A stretch of 32,000 nt of DNA from an uncultured Gemmatimonadaceae bacterium. Its GTDB lineage: Bacteria > Gemmatimonadota > Gemmatimonadetes > Gemmatimonadales > Gemmatimonadaceae. Below, in pieces: positions 26,470-32,000 of this stretch. Position numbers and translations under genes: made by a program. Position 1 is the stretch's first letter, and the number at the start of each line of letters is the position of its first letter. The notes beneath the pieces were generated by a model. That model saw only the letters and a program-made list of their open reading frames with translations. It did no database searches and had not been told where the DNA came from. Location of the stretch: NCBI GenBank assembly GCA_963737845.1, contig CAVTUD010000002.1:183864-215863 (forward strand), read 5' to 3'.

Positions 26470-26757
26470 TCAGAAGAGAGATCGGGCGATGAGGTAGGCG
26501 ACGATCACGCCGACGACGCTGAGCAGTGAAACGTCGATCGCGAGGGGACCGACCGCGAAATTGATGATACCCAAGTTAACAGTAATGGCTCCGAGCTGGG
26601 GCGTCACCCCCATGGTCAAGAACTCCTTCACCGCGCCCACCGGCAGGAACTGCCGGCCGAGCACCTGGAGCAGCCACCCGACGATGAAACCACTGCCCAG
26701 CACGCCGACATAGAACATCGGGCGGTGGCGCGCGATGCCACGCGTGGGAGCGATCAT
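26470..26757 (-). CDS. Small membrane protein, DUF4321-like
   Basis: 95 aa with two hydrophobic segments (FYVGVLGSGFIVGWLL, LLSVVGVIVAYLIARSLF). My recollection is that it resembles the DUF4321 family. ATG at 26757 forms an ATGA overlap with the upstream stop. Confidence 0.55.
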   Translation of the reverse strand: MIAPTRGIARHRPMFYVGVLGSGFIVGWLLQVLGRQFLPVGAVKEFLTMGVTPQLGAITVNLGIINFAVGPLAIDVSLLSVVGVIVAYLIARSLF

Positions 26758-27759
26758 TGCGACCGGTCCAGCGCGTAGGCGATCGCATCGCGCAGTGACG
26801 CGGCGGCCGCCGTGTCGGGCAGGCCGGCCAGCGCCGACTCCGCCGTCCGGGCGTATTCGAGCCCGCGATCGCGCGCGTAGTCCAACCCACCGCGATCGGA
26901 CACGATCTCGATCACACGCGCGATCTGCGCATCATCGGGCTCCGCCGTGTCGAACAGCGTGTCCACCTCGTGGCGTGCCGCGGCACCGAGGCCGCGCAAT
27001 GCGTGGATGAGCGGGAGCGTCACCTTGTGCTCGCGCAGATCGAGTCCGCACGGCTTGCCGGTCACCGATTCGTCGGACGTGTAGTCGAGCAGGTCGTCCG
27101 CGACCTGGAACGCCATGCCGAGCTGCTCGCCGTAGCGTGCGAGCGCCGCGCGGTGCTCCTGCGCGCCGGCGAGCGCGCCGATCGCGCACGCGGCCGAGAG
27201 GAGCGACGCGGTCTTCGCGCGGATCAGGTCCTCGTAATCCTCCTCGGAGAATCCGAGCGCATCGAGCGACGTGAGCTGGCGCATCTCGCCCACGGTCATC
27301 GCGTTGGTCGCATCGCGCGAGCACGCCGAGCACTTCGAGGTCGCCGTTGCGCACGAGCTCCACGACCGCGCGCGAATACAGGAAATCGCCCATGATCACC
27401 GACACCTGGTGACTGAAGAGCGAATTGATCGTGGGCATGCCGCGCCGGAGCGCCGAATGATCGACGGAGTCGTCGTGCACCAGCGTCGCGAGATGCACGA
27501 GCTCCACCACCGCGGCGAGCGTCACGGCGCGCGGCTCCGGCCGGCCGGCGGCGGCGCTCGCGAGCAGCGTGAGCGTGGGGCGGAACATCTTCCCCTTCAT
27601 GAGCAGGAGATGCCCGTTCACCTCGTCGATGAGCGGGAATTCCGCGGCGACGATCCGGTGCAGTTCCTGCGCGACCAGCTCGAGGCGGTCGCGCACCGGC
27701 GCCTGGATGTCGCTCAGCGCCGGCGTGAGGGGCGAGCGCGCGGAGAGGGCCGACGTCAC
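26754..27759 (-). pseudogene. Long-chain polyprenyl diphosphate synthase (IspB/HepT-like), with one 1-nt deletion near 27315
   Basis: The N-half is in ORF 26932..28905: MFRPTLTLLA..LVHLATLVHDDSVDHSALRRG (first Asp-rich motif)..IMGDFLYS. The C-half is in ORF 26754..27299: TNAMTVGEMRQL..GMAFQVADDLLDY (second DDxxD)..KVTLPLIHAL. GTG at 27759 overlaps the upstream TGA. Confidence 0.88.
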
Positions 27760-30329
27760 CGCGACTTGCGCTCCGTGGCGGCGAGCCGCTCGCCAATGTC
27801 GCGGAACTGGATGTCCTGCGCGAACACCCGCTCGTAGTACTTGAGCGCTTCGTCCATCTGGCCCAGCGACTCCGACGCGTAGCCGAGCAGGTAGAGCACG
27901 CCGACGAGCGTGTCGTCGGGCGTGTTCTTGTCGGTGAGCGCGCGCGCGAGGATCGTGAGCGCGATCTGGTACTGGCGCTTCTCCACGAAGCACTGGCCGA
28001 GCGCCTCGTACGTGCGCACACGCTGCTCGGTGCCGCGCAGCGCCTTCTGGAATTCCGAGATCGCCTCGTCGAGGAGCCCCATCTCCTTGTACGCGACGCC
28101 GAGATCGTAGTGGCTCTCGTGATCGGTGTCCTCGACGTTCGCGGCCACGCCCTGCTTGAACATCGTGAGCATCTCGGCGAAGCCCACCTGCTCGCTCGGC
28201 GTCTCGGTGTTGGCCGAGACGATGCGGGTGCTCTTCTCCGTCTCGTCGTCGCGCAGCCAGTCGGAGAGGTTCACGAAGCTCTCGCGGCGAGGCGCGGACG
28301 GGCGCTTGACCGTCTCCGAGGGCGGTGGCGTGACCGAGCGCGACGGCGGCGGCGTGACCGTGCGCGATGGCGCCGGCGTGGGATCGGACTTGCGGCGCGA
28401 TGCCGGAGGCGCTGCGGGCACGGCCGGCGCAGCGGGCGGCGCGGGGGACGCGCCGTTGCTGATCACGGGCTCCTGGGACGCGGCATCCGCCGCGACCGCC
28501 GCGGCGGCCGCTTCCTGGATCTTCGCCTTGGACATCTCGCGCGTACCGAACGCCTCGCGCATTGCGGACTGCGCGCGCAGATCGTCGGGCGCGAGTTCGA
28601 GCACGCGTCCGTACACCGCCTTCGACTTGTCGAGCTGGCCGCTGCGGAAGAGGCACTCGGCGAGCGCGAGATACGCATCCACCAAGCGCGGCCGGTCGTT
28701 CGACCGCACGGCGTACTCGACGCGCTTCTGGTGGTAATGGACGGAGTTGGGATCGACGCGCAGGAGTTCCTCGGCCACGCTGCTCGCTCCCGCGAACTCG
28801 CCCGCGCGCTCGAGGCCGCCCATCGCGTCCTCGAGCGCCTTGAGACCGGCGGCGCGCTCGCCATTCTCGAGCAGCGCCTCGCCGAGCTCGCGGCGCAGCG
28901 ACCAATTCTCGGGCTCGTGCAGCACGCGCTCGCGCAGTTCGTCGACCGCGTTGCCGATGCCCTGCGCGAACGCCGCATCGATCACCGAGACGCCGTCCTC
29001 CTCGAGACCCTTGAGATCCGGCAGCAGGGCGGGCGTCGAGCGGCGGGGCTTCGCCTTGGGATCGGTGACGGGCTCGGACTTCCGCGGCGGCGTCTCCACT
29101 TTCGGCGGCGCGGCGGCGACCGGCGGCGGCTCCTTCTTGGCGGCCGGCGGGGCGACTCGCTCGGGCTCCGGCGCCTTCGGCTTCTCCGCCTTCTTCGCCG
29201 GCTCGGGCGGGAGCGGCGACGGATCGTCGGGCATGATGAGATTCAACCCGCTCGTCGCCCGCTCCAGCATGCCCGTGTCGAACTTGGGCGGCTCGTGGCT
29301 CAAGTCTGGGACGCCGACGTCCTCGGGCAGATCGAGCATCGGGAGCTCGACGTCTATGCCGGCGCTCTCGTCGGCCGCCTTCTCGTCCAGATCGGCGGGC
29401 GGCCGCACGGACTCGAGGAAGCCGGTGATCAGGCCGGCGTCCACGTGGCTGACGATCTCACTCTCGGCGTCATCCTTCGCGACGCCGAGATCGGCGCCAC
29501 GCGTGAGGCCTTCGATCGCGTCGGCGGCCGCGGCCGCGGCGGCGCCGTCGATGAGCGGGAGATCGTTGTCGAGCACGATCTCGCTCACCGTCGGCTCCGG
29601 ATCCTGCTCGCGCGGCGGCGAGCCCTTCTTCGCCGGACTGTTCGAGTCGTAGTCGACGTCCAGGAAGATCAAGTCGTTCGCGCGAGGGGTCGCCCTTGTC
29701 GCGCCGGCGGTGGGCTCGAGCGTGCCGTCGATCGCCTTCATGCGATCCACCGTCGCGCGCGCTTCCTTCGTGCGCCCCTCGGCGGTGAACTTGTTGTAGA
29801 GCGTCTGCAGCTGCTCGATCGCTTCCGACTTCCGGTCCTTCTTCACGAGCTGGTCCGCGAGCATCAAGCGGATGTCGTCGAGCCCCGGACAGAGATCGGC
29901 GAGCTCCTTCAGCGCGCGGAACGCCTCCTCGAGATTGCCGGCGCGCTGCATGCGGTCGGCGTACTCGACGAAATTCTGTTTCGCGTCGTTGATGAATCCC
30001 TTGTGCGCACTGATCTTGCCGAGCTTGTAGTACACCGTGTTCCGGCCCGGCGCGTTGCGCAGGATCTTGTTGCAGAGCGCGATCGCGTTGTTGAGGAACC
30101 CGCCGTCAATGTAGAGATCGACCGCCTTCTCGTAGTGGTCCACCGCGTCGCTGACGTCGCCCCTCTTCATGAGCAGATCGCCGACGCGATTGTACAACGC
30201 GACGTCCGCCTCGTCAATGTGATCGTCCAGTTCCGCCAGGACGAGCGCATACGTCTCGAGTGCCTTGTCGAATTTCTTCTGCTGCTCGTATTCGAGCGCC
30301 CGTTTCTTCAGCTTTGCGACGTTGGACAT
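27756..30329 (-). CDS. Large cytoplasmic TPR-repeat protein (857 aa) with acidic and Pro/Lys-rich linkers; function unknown
   Basis: Intact ORF from ATG 30329. TPR-like helices at the N-terminus (LYNRVGDLLMKRGDVSDAVDHYEKAVDLY..), in the middle and at the C-terminus (HYDLGVAYKEMGLLDEAISEFQKAL..). No signal peptide or TM segment is evident. Confidence 0.75.
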   Translation of the reverse strand: MSNVAKLKKRALEYEQQKKFDKALETYALVLAELDDHIDEADVALYNRVGDLLMKRGDVSDAVDHYEKAVDLYIDGGFLNNAIALCNKILRNAPGRNTVYYKLGKISAHKGFINDAKQNFVEYADRMQRAGNLEEAFRALKELADLCPGLDDIRLMLADQLVKKDRKSEAIEQLQTLYNKFTAEGRTKEARATVDRMKAIDGTLEPTAGATRATPRANDLIFLDVDYDSNSPAKKGSPPREQDPEPTVSEIVLDNDLPLIDGAAAAAAADAIEGLTRGADLGVAKDDAESEIVSHVDAGLITGFLESVRPPADLDEKAADESAGIDVELPMLDLPEDVGVPDLSHEPPKFDTGMLERATSGLNLIMPDDPSPLPPEPAKKAEKPKAPEPERVAPPAAKKEPPPVAAAPPKVETPPRKSEPVTDPKAKPRRSTPALLPDLKGLEEDGVSVIDAAFAQGIGNAVDELRERVLHEPENWSLRRELGEALLENGERAAGLKALEDAMGGLERAGEFAGASSVAEELLRVDPNSVHYHQKRVEYAVRSNDRPRLVDAYLALAECLFRSGQLDKSKAVYGRVLELAPDDLRAQSAMREAFGTREMSKAKIQEAAAAAVAADAASQEPVISNGASPAPPAAPAVPAAPPASRRKSDPTPAPSRTVTPPPSRSVTPPPSETVKRPSAPRRESFVNLSDWLRDDETEKSTRIVSANTETPSEQVGFAEMLTMFKQGVAANVEDTDHESHYDLGVAYKEMGLLDEAISEFQKALRGTEQRVRTYEALGQCFVEKRQYQIALTILARALTDKNTPDDTLVGVLYLLGYASESLGQMDEALKYYERVFAQDIQFRDIGERLAATERKSR

Positions 30330-30392
30330 CAGCGCCTGATGTGCTCCCGGGGCAGAACGAGGCGACTCCGCGCGAGGGACGCGAAGGAATTC

Positions 30393-31670
30393 CTAAGTTA
30401 GGCCTAAGCCATAGGGGTGACAAGGCTTGCCGCGACTCCACGTACCCATACATCGACGGTCTCCGTACCAGTACGGCAACTCGCGGATATCCTCGATCTC
30501 GAAGAGGGCGAGATCGGCCGAAAACCCGGGTGCGAGCTGTCCCACATGGTCGGCCAGCGCGAGCGCCGCGGCCCCGTTCACGGTGGCGGCGAGCACCGCC
30601 TCGGCGACGCTCATGTGGAGCTCGCTCACGCCGAGCGTGAGGATGAGCGGGAGGTTCACCGTGGGCGAAGTGCCCGGGTTAAAATCGGAGGCGAGCGCGA
30701 CGGCCGCGCCGCCGTCGATGAGCGCGCGCGCGGGCGGGCGTGTCCCCTTCCCCAGGAAGAGCATCGTGCCGGGGAGCAGCGTCGCGACGGTGCCGGCATA
30801 CTCGAGCGCGGCGATGCCGACGGGTGAGATCGCCGCGAGATGGTCCGCGCTCACGGCGCCCAACTCGGCGGCGAGCTCCGCGCCGCCGGACGGTTTGAGT
30901 TCGTCGGCGTGCAGCTTGAGTTCGAGCCCATGCGCGCGACTCGCGGCCAGGATCGTGCGCGTCTCGTCGATGGTGAATACGCCGGGCTCGCAGAACACAT
31001 CGGCGAACTTCGCCAGCTTCGCCGTGGTGACGGCCGGGAGCATCTCCTCGGTGAGGAGATCGATGTACGCCGCGCGCGACGCCGCGCTGCCGCGCGCTTC
31101 GAGCGGGATCTCATGCGCGCCGAGCCACGTGGGGACGATCCGCATCGGCAGTTCCTGCGCGAGACGCGCGATCGCGCGGAGCATCTTGAGCTCGTCGGCC
31201 ACGGTGAGTCCGTAGCCGGATTTCACCTCCACCGTGGTGGTGCCGTACGACGCCAGGCGCTCGAGACGCGCGCGGGCGAGCGCGACGAGCTCATCCTCGC
31301 CGCGCTGCCGCAGATCGCGCACCGAGGCGTGGATCCCTCCGCCGCGCGCCGCGATCTCCATGTAGCCGAGGCCGGCGGCGCGCAGCTCGTGCTCATCGGA
31401 GCGCGGGCGCCCGAAGATCGCGTGCGTATGCGAATCGACGAGGCCCGGCGTGAGCACGCCGCGCGCACAGTCAATGCGCGCCGCGTCGGGATACGACCGC
31501 TCGAGCGTCTCACCGTCGCCCACGGACACAATGCGCTCGCCCTGCATCGCAACGGCCGCGCCCGTGAGCACGGCGGCGTCCCGCATCTCGGCACCGCGCC
31601 GCGCACGCGGCGGTCCGTTGCACGTGACCACCTGCGACGCGTTCACGAAGAGCGTCGTGCGCACACTCAT
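30393..31670 (-). CDS. hutI: Imidazolonepropionase
   Basis: MSVRTTLFVNA.., GLVDSHTHAIF, TTVEVKSGYGL, KLHADEL, ALASDFNPGTSP. ATG at 31670 forms an ATGA overlap with the upstream gene. Confidence 0.9.
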   Translation of the reverse strand: MSVRTTLFVNASQVVTCNGPPRARRGAEMRDAAVLTGAAVAMQGERIVSVGDGETLERSYPDAARIDCARGVLTPGLVDSHTHAIFGRPRSDEHELRAAGLGYMEIAARGGGIHASVRDLRQRGEDELVALARARLERLASYGTTTVEVKSGYGLTVADELKMLRAIARLAQELPMRIVPTWLGAHEIPLEARGSAASRAAYIDLLTEEMLPAVTTAKLAKFADVFCEPGVFTIDETRTILAASRAHGLELKLHADELKPSGGAELAAELGAVSADHLAAISPVGIAALEYAGTVATLLPGTMLFLGKGTRPPARALIDGGAAVALASDFNPGTSPTVNLPLILTLGVSELHMSVAEAVLAATVNGAAALALADHVGQLAPGFSADLALFEIEDIRELPYWYGDRRCMGTWSRGKPCHPYGLGLT

Positions 31671-32000
31671 GCCATCACGTCGCGCACGCGCGAGATCGTG
31701 AGCGGCGCCTGCGCCTCGCCGCGGCACGCGTAGTAGCAGGCGTTGCAATCGATCGGCGCGTAGCGGCGGAATTCGCTCCAGTGGAAATCGGCCGGAAAGT
31801 CGGGGCAGCGCCGCACGTTCCCCACCGGATCGATGTGGATCGTGCGCATGCCGGAGCGGCACGGCTCCTGCGCGTCGCCGCGGAACCAGCGCGCGACCTC
31901 CCGCAGATAATCGTCGGAGTTCACGATCACGCCGCGCCGCCGGCGCTTGTAGGCGAGCAACTGCGCGATCGTGTCGTCCACCTCGGCGGTCTGCTCGGCG
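31667..32000 (-). CDS. Radical SAM/SPASM-like protein, C-terminal part only (gene continues past the window end)
   Basis: The open frame runs to the window edge. A Cys-rich tail (..PCRSG..HIDPVGNVRRCPDF..IDCNACYYAC..) resembles auxiliary Fe-S (SPASM/twitch) regions of radical SAM enzymes. Confidence 0.5.
   Translation of the reverse strand, partial: AEQTAEVDDTIAQLLAYKRRRRGVIVNSDDYLREVARWFRGDAQEPCRSGMRTIHIDPVGNVRRCPDFPADFHWSEFRRYAPIDCNACYYACRGEAQAPLTISRVRDVMA

Noticed and set aside
1-32000. Programmed ribosomal frameshifting or transcriptional slippage as the explanation for the frame breaks.
   Set aside because: There are too many sites (25 or more) across unrelated essential genes. Both +1 and -1 corrections are needed. 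I saw no shared slippery heptamer or downstream structure. Known recoding genes such as prfB and dnaX are not among them.

Overview
This is a GC-rich bacterial chromosomal segment with no rRNA, tRNA, CRISPR array, transposase or integrase that I can see. About 30 mostly housekeeping genes are packed almost end to end, many with 1-8 nt start/stop overlaps. All lie on the minus strand except one ppiD-like chaperone gene. Order by coordinate: hflX (partial), rarA, ZIP metal transporter, hypothetical, cca, asparaginase, SDR, GmhA-like SIS protein, PHP-family phosphatase, GGGPS/PcrB-like prenyltransferase, small acidic hypothetical, alaS, recX, recA, yraN, ftsK, comB-family phosphatase, accC, pilT, accB, pepP, aroQ, a 712-aa TPR/Pro-rich protein, ppiD-like (+), tatA, DUF4321, polyprenyl diphosphate synthase, an 857-aa TPR/Pro-rich protein, hutI and a radical-SAM gene (partial).

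Main observations:
1. At least 25 single-nucleotide indels break or locally scramble 12 well-conserved genes, including recA, ftsK, accB and accC. They cluster at about 11.8-13.3, 15.7-21.7 and 24.4-27.4 kb, while alaS and the two large TPR genes are intact. Consensus or assembly error is the most likely cause.
2. A roughly 200-bp compound palindrome made of seven ~21-bp repeat units lies between ftsK and yraN.
3. A GTTC-N7-GTTC-N7-GTTC direct-repeat array and a 12-bp perfect palindrome lie in the recA leader. They are candidate SOS operators.
4. A roughly 40% GC island with a 15-bp inverted repeat lies between rarA and hflX.
5. An archaeal-type GGGPS-like gene is translationally coupled to a PHP phosphatase.
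6. pilT sits between accB and accC.

I found no defence or mobile system. A Gemmatimonadota/FCB-like origin is only a guess from gene content.
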